Positions 11,224-21,985 of a stretch of 64,000 nt of DNA are shown one piece after another. Made by a program: the position numbers and the translations under genes. Numbering within the stretch: position 1 is the first letter of the stretch; every line of letters starts with the position of its first letter. Below the pieces are notes generated by a model. It was not told where the DNA came from and searched no databases. It saw nothing but the letters and a program-made list of their open reading frames with translations. The DNA is from the human T2T-CHM13v2.0 reference genome, Homo sapiens: assembly GCF_009914755.1 (NCBI RefSeq), contig NC_060933.1, one strand, 5' to 3'.

Positions 11224-14200
11224 TATTTTTCTTTGAGGTTAGACCTCCAAAGACAAAGATACACAAAAAAGCACAATGTGTTGTTGGCCTGCAGTAACCC
11301 GGGCCTGAGCACAGCCAGAAATGGAAAAATACTCTCAAAGAGCTAGAGAATGGGGAGCAGATCTGAAAAGGGGTTTAACTAATGTGGCAAATGGCCCAGC
11401 ACACACTCCTCTCTCCTGGTTTGTTTTGATACATCCCCACCTGGTCCCCAGGTGTGTAAGAACCACAAAATACTCTTCATGCCACTGCTCTGGGCCAGAC
11501 TCATGCAGTGGGAGCCAGGCTGTGCACCTCGGAACAATGGCTTTATTCTTTCAGGTGCCTGAAGAGAGGTCTGAATGTAGAAGGAACTGCTGCTGCTAAG
11601 GGCAGGGGGGAAAAAGAGGTCATATACCTTGAGGAATTTGGGCCCAATGTAAAAAATCAGGAAGTTGCAAGATGCCATGTCGAAATGTGAAGCCGGTCCT
11701 TCCCTTCTAGCCTGTACCCCAAGTTTGAGATAATTGTGAAGGTGAATTGGCTGCATATTGAGAAGGGAAAGGAGCAAGGAGAAAACTTTTTTTTTCTGTG
11801 AAAACCCAGAAGTTCAAGTCTAGAAATACAAGGAAATTGTCAGAACAGAAAGGTAGGGGGTGTTCTTGACTCCACACAAAGATCTGTAGGAATAAAGCAA
11901 GTTCTGGAGAGTTTCTTTTGGCGTTAATTATTTCACACTGGAAATCATCACAAAATGGCAAATTCTGGAATTTCCACTTTTCCTTCACCTGAAGAGGGTA
12001 TACATTTTTACTTTGGCCAGACAGAGACCTCATGTTATTAGAGACAGGGGTGAATTGGAAAGAACAGTTTTCCACCTCACAGTTTTATGGAATTGGCAGG
12101 AAAACTTTACTAGTCTCAAGGCAAAATACAGACTATGATATTCTCAAATTTTTCTATTAGGAGAAAAGGTGGCAAGAACTTCATAGAATTTTGTCTGAGG
12201 AGATTTGGCAAAGCATCATATAGATGTATATATGAAATTAAATTTCTTATATGGAGCTTTTAGCAATGGAGAAAACGAATTGCATCTCACATAAATGGGA
12301 TGAGACTTAGCTATTTGTAACCTCGTTACAATGAAATAACTAAAATTGTAAAGAGACATTAAATAATAATCTGCCTGCCTAAACATGGGTTTTCTAGTTT
12401 GAAATGAATGCCTTGCATCTAGATTAATAAGGTGACGCAAGACACTACATCATCTGGCAGGGGAAGATTTAAAGCAGGTCAGGTTCCTTGGGAGGAGAGA
12501 AAAATAACTTTTAAGATGAAAGACCAAAAAAAAAAAGAAAAAAAAAAGAAAAAGAAAAACTTGTGTGTGGTCCAAACTTCTTTTTTTAAAAACAATTTGC
12601 CAAAGGTGTTTAAGCTGCATGGTGATAGTTTTCTCAAAGTTTTAATGATTTACTTGCAAGGCATGATTAGTCATATCTTTGACCAGATGAGGAACACATA
12701 AATAAAACCCCCTTTTTTTTTTAATCTTTGGTGTTTAATTCTGAGAGTATTGGGAAATGTGATGAGAGAAGGTGCATGTAATAATGCCTATTTCCCAAGG
12801 AGGGTCGAGAGAGTGTTGGCATTTGATTGCACATAATTCTTTAAAAATATAAATACTTAGTAAGTTTAGGCCAACAGGGGAAAGAACTCTGGCTAAAACA
12901 GGACAGACCTCCCAGAAAGCTTAAACTTGACCTTCTAATATCTGCTCTTGCAATGGGTACACCATGTAAGACCCTCTTAACCTGTGGCTCAGTCAAATCT
13001 TCTAATTAGGAATATTTTCTCTATTTATTGCCCTTTAAAAATACATGTGCTGGTCTTCCTGAAACCACATTCTTTGAAGCAACCAATGTGGTATAGAGTA
13101 GCTTTATCACCACAAAATTAGAGAGACCTTTTAAAGAAATACATTTCTGTAAATATTCTTTTATACTTCACTTGGTAGTTAGGGGGTATAGACAGTGGTT
13201 TCAAATATCAGTGATGACCTAGTTGTTTAATTACAGTCAATCACTCCGTAATTTGTAGCTTCTTTTAGAGTCATGAGAAATAATAGATGGGATTTCTTGT
13301 CCTAGTAGCTATGTAGTGGCTAGGGTTTAACAAACTTTTTTTTTTAGTATCTTAAGTTCAAAATATATAAAATAGATGTATTCTTTGTTCTTATTTTAAA
13401 ATACACAGCTGTAGCTTCTATAGTGTTATCCTTAGTGCATCTTCAAATGGAAAACAAATAGCATATACTATAGATACTGATGCTAATGAGAAATCTCTTA
13501 ACATTGTAAGAAGTGTTTGGAAAAGGAAACAAACAGTGAATTGTACAGGATTTCAGGTGTTACTATATATGGGGGAAATGGCTCGAAAGGCAGATACTGT
13601 AAGATTTGGAAATGATTTGTAAGTAGTCTTTGGATAAGGATGTTGTTCTAAATCTTCCTTCTACCCATCCTACAGATCAGTATCCTGAGAACATGTGCCA
13701 AGTCAAATAATTCCTCAATTCAGCTGACCTAGTGTCCTATTCTAGGCCTTGTTCTGTATGTAACTGTCCCAGTGCATGTCTTCTCTCTGGACAGCCAGCT
13801 TCTTCAGGTCAGGGATTACATTTAAATTTCCTTTCTATCCCAGTGTTAATGATAATTGTATGTGTATGTGTTCATGTCCCTTTGCCTTTGTACTTTATTA
13901 ACGTATTACTCTATTTTCCACCCATATCTAAAAATGTACGCCATGTGATTCCATTTTGATTTATTCCCTACAGAAAACCATCAGATGATTTTATTTTATT
14001 TTTTATTAGGCAATAAATACACAGGGTACAAAAATTAGAAGTCATAAAAGGTTATGCAGGAAAAATACGTTTTTACCCTATTTCTCAATCAGTCAGCGTC
14101 CCTGGCAAGATGCAAAGTCTGTTAGATATCTTGTTTCTTAGGAATCCTCCTAGAAATATTTAACTTACATAAGCAAATAACATGTATTTGGTAGTCCATG

Positions 14201-14803
14201 ACTAACCCCATTAGAGGCCCTTAATACAGTGAGAAACACACTGTGACAAGGTAGAGATTTCTTGGATGGCAGAGGCACAGACCCTTGAGTGTTAGCATGA
14301 TATGCCCACTGAGCGCTCCTAAAGCATTAAGTCCCCCATTCTGGGTTCCTCTGTTATAGTGATTACTATGCATGGCTGTGCTTGACTTCAATGTCAGGCT
14401 TGCTTGTATCAGGGCACAAGGGAGGCCCTGAGGAACTCAGTTCATTTATATTCTTATCTCCTGGATATTATTTGTAGTGCTTCTTCATCACTGTGTTGAA
14501 AACAGTAGTAGCAGCAGTGGTAAAGTGGTTAATACCTTCATAGCACTTACTATGCACTAGACAGGGTTTTGAGTATAAACTTAACTCATTTAAACTAAAG
14601 TAAAATCAACCTTAAACCTGGACTCAAGTGTCTAGTTCTAGCACAACTTACTGAAGAATTTATTCCCACATGAACTGGATCAATAACTTTACATACTTTT
14701 GAGATAAATTCGTGGACATCCATAATATTTATGGAGGCTAAAAGGATTTTTTGGCATAATCCATGAAAGCACAGGTTAGGGTGAACATGGACATGCTCTT
14801 GGT

Positions 14804-14948
14804 CATAAAGCTATAATTTATCTGACTTTGAATTCAAATATTTTATGGGTTAAATATAGTTAGTAAGGAGGCCCATAAAGCTGTAACTTACCTGACTTTG
14901 GAATCAATATTTTATGGGTTAGATGTACTATTAAGGTTGCCCATAAAA
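14804..14948. repeat. Tandem duplication, about 69-bp unit, 2.1 copies
   Basis: Units start at 14804, 14874 and 14942 (cataaagct.taa.tta.ctgactttg...aatattttatgggtta...). Confidence 0.85.
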
Positions 14949-15099
14949 TTTCTATATTGCTCCACCAGGGCACAATGGAAAGTCATAGTCATATCTTCTG
15001 TTTTCACAGTTATAAGGTATAAACCAGAGGTTGCCATCTTTGTGTGGATGGGTGGGTGGATGAGCATATAAAATTCAATCTCCTTTTCCTCCAAAATGA

Positions 15100-15620
15100 A
15101 AATAGCCTTATTATGTCTTCTGATTACAAAAGTAATACATACATACTGCAGAAAACCTTTGAAAATTCAGTCAATTATAAAGAAAAATTAAAAGTCGTAA
15201 TCTAACCTTACAGAAATAGAAGCCAGTATTAACTTTTTCCATTTTATATCTTTCCAGAGATTTTCTATACATGTATACATCTTTATTACTTGTATATAGT
15301 TCCAGAATTTTTTTCTATACATATATATATATATATATATATACCTATAAATTTTGATTTTCTTTTTTTGCTAAAATAAGATCATGTTCAACATACTTTC
15401 CTTATATAATGTGATATATCCCATACATCTGTCTCTGGTGTAAATACATATTTATATTATCTTTTAAAATAGTTGTATAGTGCTCCCTTGTATAAATGTA
15501 CCATAATTTAATTAACTAGTCATTTATTGATATTCTTTTAGATATTTGAAAGGTTTTGATAATATAAATAAATATTATTGTACATACATCTTTATCTCTA
15601 TCCCTGGTTGTTTTTCATGT
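15100..15620 (-). mobile_element. Ancient L1M 3' fragment with embedded (TA)n at about 15321-15342
   Basis: tgattacaaaagtaatacat and atagttgtatagtgctcccttgtataaatgtaccataatttaatta resemble the antisense L1ME/MC 3' region. Confidence 0.55.
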
Positions 15621-15959
15621 ATTTGATTAAGTTGTTAGATAGGTTTTTAAACAAATGATATAACCCCATATTCCATAAGTAGAGTGATATCTACATATGG
15701 AGTGTAATTCATAAACTTTGCTGTTACGTTGGATGTCACTTCTTTTTATTTGAATTGAGAATCCATTTCTCCTGACACAATGAGATCACTGACATGTAGT
15801 AATAATGAAGATTTCATTATCCCTTCCTCTGTTCACTTTTGAAGAGGAATCTGGAAGGTGCAAATTGATGCCAGTGCAGACAGTAGGCAACACAGTGGTT
15901 AAAGGTGGGAGAGTGGTGTGTGTCTAATGTGGTTATGATGACTTAAAAATAAATATCTG

Positions 15960-16276
<317 letters not shown>

Positions 16277-16998
16277 GACTAAGAAAATTGACAAAGCACC
16301 TTAATATTGCCCCTCTGTCCTTCATGCTGAGTTCCAGGGAGCCCCAGCAAGAGCAGATTTGGAAATCCCTAGTTTAGAATCTACACCTGGGAGACCCTCA
16401 CTGAGGAGGTCCCTGAATCCTGCTGTTTCACCTTTTTGATACTGCATCTCTTTGTAGAATGGTATCACTGTTCTCCCTTTCTCAGGCAGTACTATAAAAT
16501 GAACCAATACCAGTTATTTGAAGGTCCTTCAAATTCTAGAAGAAATTCTTTAATGGTGGAAAGCTGTAATATAAAGTATATATATTTAAATTTTTTATAA
16601 CAAGTCTAAAGTAGGCTACATGTAGCCTTAGCTTTTTGTTATATAAAGTATGTGTATTTTAGGAGTATCAGCAGAATATTAAGCTGACTCAAAGATTGGA
16701 GGTGATATTTTCATCCCTCTCAGTTGTCATTCCATAGCAAGGATTCTTAAAATTGTATAAGCCCTTTTCAAATGAGAAGTTTCTAAAGCCATTTTGATGT
16801 ATTTCTATAGTGTTAATGAAAGACATTGATAAAAATACATATAGTATCTAAAACTCCATTCTGTTTCAGACTAGTCCATGAATATTCCCCAAAGGGAATG
16901 TTAAAAGGGTTGTTTAGATTAATCTTAGTTTCTTTAACTTTCCCTAAATACACCAAGTAATGCTTCTTACTAAAAAAATTAAAAAATTAAAAAATGCT

Positions 16999-17820
16999 GG
17001 CCAGGCATGGTGGCTCACATCTCTAATCCTAGCACTTTGGGAGGCCAAGGTGGGAGGACTGCTTGAAGCTAGGAGTTCGAGGCCAGCCTAGGCAACACAA
17101 CAAGACCCTGTGTCTACAAAATATATATACTGTTAATTAACCAGGCATGGTGGTAGCACAGGATTTTCTTCTAAGTTACTTTGCAAGCTGGGGACCTGCA
17201 GCCAGTGACGCCCTGCCTGGGCCTTGCTTGGCTGTGCTACCTGCTGCAGGAGATGGCCCACCCACTTGGCCCACCTGGGCTGTGTCTGACTTGAGCAGTG
17301 GTTCCCAAGTTCTTGTCCTGTGCCCAAGAAGAATGAAGATGCACTGACAATCTAAGAGTGAGCAAGGCGGGTAGTTTTACTGAGTGATTAAAACAGCTTT
17401 CAGTGGATGGGGGACATGGGGGTGTCTCCCTACCCAAAGGCAGGAACATCCCCTCAATGTGGCTGAGTTCTGGGGCTTTTTCTGGGCCCAGAATAGGGGA
17501 AGGGCAGGCAAATGGGAGCAGAAGTTCACAGTTTGGCTTGCAGGTTTCATCCAGGACCAGCAGGCTGTTCTTTCAGGCTTCGGGCTGTTTTTGGCTTGAT
17601 GGTGGGGTTTCACCAGGGACCCGCCCCTGTCTGCCTAAGCATTTGGCTGCCTCCTCTTGCTGCCAGTGGCACAGGCCTATAGTCCTCACTACTTGGGATG
17701 CTAAGGCAGGAAGGTCAATTGAACCTAGAAGTTCAAGGCTTCAGTGAGCTATGATTGTGCTAGTGTATCCAGCTTGGGGGACAGAGTGAGACCCTGTCTT
17801 TAAAAAAAAAAAAAAAAAAA
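16999..17820 (+). mobile_element. AluJ split by an LTR insertion (pieces 16999-17153 and 17666-17820)
   Basis: Left arm plus ccaggcatggtgg, resuming as gtggcacaggcctatagtcc...cagtgagctatgattgtg plus poly(A); flanks aaaaatgct / aaaaaggct are a probable TSD. Confidence 0.9.
17154..17665 (-). mobile_element. ERV1-class solo LTR (LTR9/LTR29/MER48-like) inside the AluJ
   Basis: Minus strand begins tggcagcaagaggaggcagccaaatgcttaggcagacaggggcgggtccctggtgaaacccc; 4-bp TSD GTGG at 17150-17153 and 17666-17669. Exact family uncertain. Confidence 0.85.
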
Positions 17821-17875
17821 AAAAAGGCTATCATCTGCAGCCTAAAAAATTTTATGCAGCTACTCAATACACAAT

Positions 17876-17878
<3 letters not shown>

Positions 17879-17909
<31 letters not shown>
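17879..17909. repeat. (CA)n microsatellite, about 15 units
   Basis: Direct reading. Confidence 0.95.
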
Positions 17910-17910
<1 letters not shown>

Positions 17911-19274
17911 CTTTCCTACTTCATTTTGCACTACTTTCTAGAAGGTATTAAAATGAATCAATAAAATTGACATATAACCAAAGTCAGGATGCAAGGGAAA
18001 AGCTCCATGATCAGAGAGATATGGTAACAAGAATGAATCTAAGTAAATGAAGATTTAGAACAAACTGCTGACTAGCTTCATAGAAAAAGAAAGTGCTATT
18101 GTCCATTAATTCATGTTCTAAGAAGCAGAAAACTTTTCACATACCACACACATGTAGACATCTGTGCTGAGATCTATCTATGCTGAGTTTAAAGTCCATC
18201 ACTCCTAGTACAACTTGTCCTGGCTGATTCCTATAACAATTTCTTAGTAATGTGTACATGGAGTCCTTTGAATACGTATTAAAGAATACTGTCAAAGCTG
18301 GGAGGCCTCAAATTTGTCACTGCCACCCATCTCTAAAGCCTACACACACATATCAGCCATACTGGGACATCTTTTTTTCAAATTTGCAAAAGTTATTGGA
18401 TGCCTGAAATGTGTAAGTTAATGCTTTTTAATAGAAAGGACTCTAGAGTATATGCCCTAATCAGAAACCTCCTCTGGAGGCTCTTGGTTAAAATTGTAAG
18501 TAGGGCCACCCCAAGCAAAGTATTTTTTTTCAATTAGCTCAAAATAATCCTGTTGAAAAAAAGAAAACTGAACATTTTGATTAGGAGCTTTAATTAAATA
18601 TATGTTGAGGTCCAACAATTGGTAATCCCTTTGGTAGAAGCACTATTAATATGTTCCGTTTCACTTCAGCAGAACATGAAAAAGGATGAGGATTGAATTC
18701 CTCTGTGGCATAGATTCCTAGAGGGCAGGGAGTTCTAGATCAGAGTCTTTTTAACCAGAGGAATACTTCAAATGCTTCCTAGGGTTCTTTGGTGAGTATT
18801 TTGCAAGCAGAGATTAGCTTAAGCATTGCTAGATTTTTTTTTCACTATCTCAAGTTTGCATAAGGATAATATTTCAGAATCTGAATCTAGTTCCTCTTTC
18901 TTTATCTGAATTGTATTCTTTAGTTGTATGTATTTGTTCTTAAGTATAGTCAAATATAGTGCCAAAAGCTCAATAGTCTAAGTATTGCCAGCTACAAGGT
19001 ATAATATATATTTCATTTGTTTTTCCATAACCTAGAATTGGAAAACATGAAAATGAAGACCTGTCATTTACAATTATGCAGCCTCCATCTCTATATTTAT
19101 TATTCTGCTAGAATGATACTGCTATCGTTTTAGACCTGAAACATTCTCTACCCTGTCCAGCTCTCTGCATATCCCTACCCCCACTGCCCCATAATGGATT
19201 AGACTCCAAAGAATATATTTTACTTTGTTGTTGTTCAGTCTAAAGCTCCTTCTCACCCTATTTTCCAAGGAGGC

Positions 19275-19510
19275 TGTATTGAATAGTGAATGAGAGCATT
19301 AGGCTTTGGACCAAATAGACCTAAATAGTTCAAATCCTGGCTGTTCCGGTGACTTAGACATGTTACTTTGGTCAAGTCAGTTAATCAGTTTTCTCATCTG
19401 CGCATTTAGAATACCAGTATATACTTACAGTTGTGAAAATTAAGTGAGAAATATATTAGGTACATAACAGTGCCTGGAATAAGGGAGAGCTTAATGAATG
19501 CTAGTTAACT
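19275..19510 (+). mobile_element. MIR SINE
   Basis: aggctttgga...ttcaaatcctggct...cagttttctcatctg...acagtgcctggaa. Confidence 0.7.
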
Positions 19511-19621
19511 TCAGATCTATTTCCCCACATATTGAACTATATGGAGGAAATGATAGTTGGAGTCAATTATTTTTCTGTTCTTTGCTCCTTCCTTTTGTGG
19601 GAAAAGTAAGACCATTAAGAA

Positions 19622-20148
19622 CATTTTTGCATTTTTTTATAGAGATAAAATCCATATAACATAAAACTCATTATTTTAAAGTATAAAATTTAGTTATTTT
19701 ACGATATTCACGATGTTGTGCAACCATAACCACTAATTCCAGAATGTTTCCATTATTCCAAAGAGAAATCTCATACCCATTAAGCAGCAGTCACTCTCAA
19801 TTCTTCCCCAACCCTTATCCCCTGGAAATGACTAATCAACTTTCTGTCTCTATGAGTCTGCCCATTCTAGACATATTATATAAATGTAATCATGTGATAT
19901 GTGGCCTTTTGTGTCTGGCTTTTTAAATTTAACACAATGTTTTAAAGCTTCATCCATGGTATTGCATGTATCCATACTGCATTCCTTTTTATGCCTAAAT
20001 AGTGTTCTATTTTATGCATATGCCATATTTGTTTTTCCATTCATTGTTTGATAGACATTTGGATTATTTCCTTATCTTGGCTCTTATTAATAATGCTGCT
20101 ATGAACATTTGTGCACAGGGTTTTGTGTGAACTTACATTTTCAATTAG
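19622..20148 (-). mobile_element. L1MB-type 3' end, 5'-truncated
   Basis: atattcacgatgttgtgcaaccataaccacta...ctttctgtctctatgagtctgcccattctagacatt...taatgctgctatgaacatt; 12-bp direct repeat GACCATTAAGAA at 19610-19621 and 20149-20160 as TSD. Confidence 0.88.
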
Positions 20149-20791
20149 GACCATTAAGAATTTGCTTCCCAATATCACATGCTAACTAGTAGCGATTATT
20201 GTAATTTTCTATAGCAGACATTCAGAGTCATGGAGGGTGGGGTAGGGGTTGGGAGTGTCTTAAATTTCAGTGACTTCAAACAGTTTGCACACTCTTCTCT
20301 TTTTAGAATGCATGCTACAAGCAGATATACTGCCATGCTCTTATCCAGTAATTTAGGTAAAGTTAACTCAATAATAATTATATGCAATTATATAACATAC
20401 AGGCAAACATATATGCATGCACATGCTGGGCTGAAGTGACTTTTTTAGTACAAAATAAGCTCTGGTCCTGCACTTACTTATTAAGGAGTTTTGTGTATAA
20501 AGATATCCCCTTCCCTCTATCGGGGCCCTTTTGGATCCCTTCAGCCTCCATCTTTTCCATTCTTCTGCCCCCATCTTTTCCATTCTTCTGCCCCCAGAAT
20601 CCGATGCTGTCCTAAGAATGTTTGGCACCAATCATCTTTGAGAAAAGGTTACACAAATTAAATCTTTCACCAGGGACTTACAGTTTAACAATGTGATTCT
20701 TTTCCCAGAAGTAGTTCCACATTAAAGGAGAACAAAGTGAGGACAATGTTTGACCCAAAAGATGGTTACTAATGGTGGTTTCTTTACTCAC

Positions 20792-20863
20792 CAGGAAGAT
20801 ATTTGAATCAAGGTCCTTGCCAGTGTTCATAGCTTCCCATTCGGATATGACTCTGAATGTCTG
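20792..20863 (-). other. Candidate 72-nt exon of an unidentified transcript
   Basis: Acceptor taattttctacag|CAG (NAGNAG), donor CTG|gtgagt; frame 0 is open (QTFRVISEWEAMNTGKDLDSNIFL). No expression evidence available. Confidence 0.35.
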
Positions 20864-21139
20864 CTGTAGAAAATTACAGTAATTCCCATTAAGGAAATGA
20901 CTGCTTTCTTCTGCACCAAGATTGTGTTTTCAGATCTTTTTCCATCTTTTGTAAGCCTTCACCCATTTTGATCATGTAAGATATGTATACAGCCTGATTC
21001 ATATTATTTTTAACTTTTCTAAGGGTGTTCCTTATTAAAGTGTTGGCATTACCCTAGAAGTCCCCATTCAGCAGGGTTAATGCCCCACCTCCCCACCCGC
21101 CCCCCCCCCCCCACACAAAATGCCCCACCCCTGCTTTGA

Positions 21140-21350
21140 CATTTGATACCTTGGACTCAAGTCTTGTTAAGTAACTTTGAAAAAGTTATTTAACCACTCT
21201 GAGCCTCATCAGTGTCCTCAGCTCTATGGCAATAATACTAATAATAATGTTAACCCTCCATAATTATTGTGCAGATTAGAGATTAAAACATCTAGCAAAG
21301 TACTTGGCACTTGATTAGTGCTCAATATATAGTAATTGTATTATTGCTGT
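21140..21350 (+). mobile_element. MIR SINE
   Basis: aagttatttaaccactctgagcctca...agtacttggcacttgattagtgctcaat. Confidence 0.7.
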
Positions 21351-21624
21351 TGCTCACAGTGAGGGGAAGTCAGATGTGGTTTCCTAGGTCCTGCCTATTT
21401 ACAGAAGGTTCCTGTGTCTGGTGTAGCTTTCTTAGGTTATGCTCTGTCCTCTGATCCCCAAGCAGCTGCCTCTGTCTCTTTATCTCAATCACTTTAACTC
21501 CAGATTGAGTTGAATTGAATTGAAAGCAAAGATAAAGGAATAGTAACTTGAAGACACATGATCTACGAGCTACACAAAAACATGTTGAAGGGAAACAGAC
21601 AACCTAGGAGTCCTGTCATGGTTT

Positions 21625-21810
21625 CAGTGCACTGGATTGCAGGAAGTCAGAAAACTGGGCTCCAGTTCTGGTTCTGTCATTTGCTAGGTGTAAGATTCTG
21701 GGCAAGATTTTTGAACTCTCTGAGCTTCAGTGCCCTCTTCCATAAAATGGTATTAACATTGGTACGACTTCATGCTTTGGGGTAAAGAGGTGAGATACCC
21801 TAAATGAATG
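21625..21810 (+). mobile_element. MIR SINE
   Basis: gaagtcagaaaactgggctccagttctggttctgtcatttgctag...tctctgagcttcagtgccctcttccataaaatgg. Confidence 0.7.
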
Positions 21811-21914
21811 ATGACCAAATAGAGGCAACTGTAAATAAAAGATTTTTTATTTCCCCAGTGACTGAGGGGAGGCTGTTACTGGTTATGGGAACAGAGACAT
21901 TAACACTCTTCAAA

Positions 21915-21985
21915 GTGGGGCAGTTGCACATGACAAAGAATTGTCCTGTGGCAGATGTCAGTAGCACTCCTATTGAGAAACACTG
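21915..21985 (+). mobile_element. hAT-Charlie (MER20-like) terminal fragment
   Basis: acaaagaattgtcctgtggcagatgtcagtagcactcctattgagaaacactg resembles the MER20 3' end and TIR. Confidence 0.55.

Noticed and set aside
12433-12440. TGACGCAA CRE/C-EBP composite motif, and scattered AP-1 sites elsewhere
   Set aside because: Single short motifs are expected by chance in 64 kb
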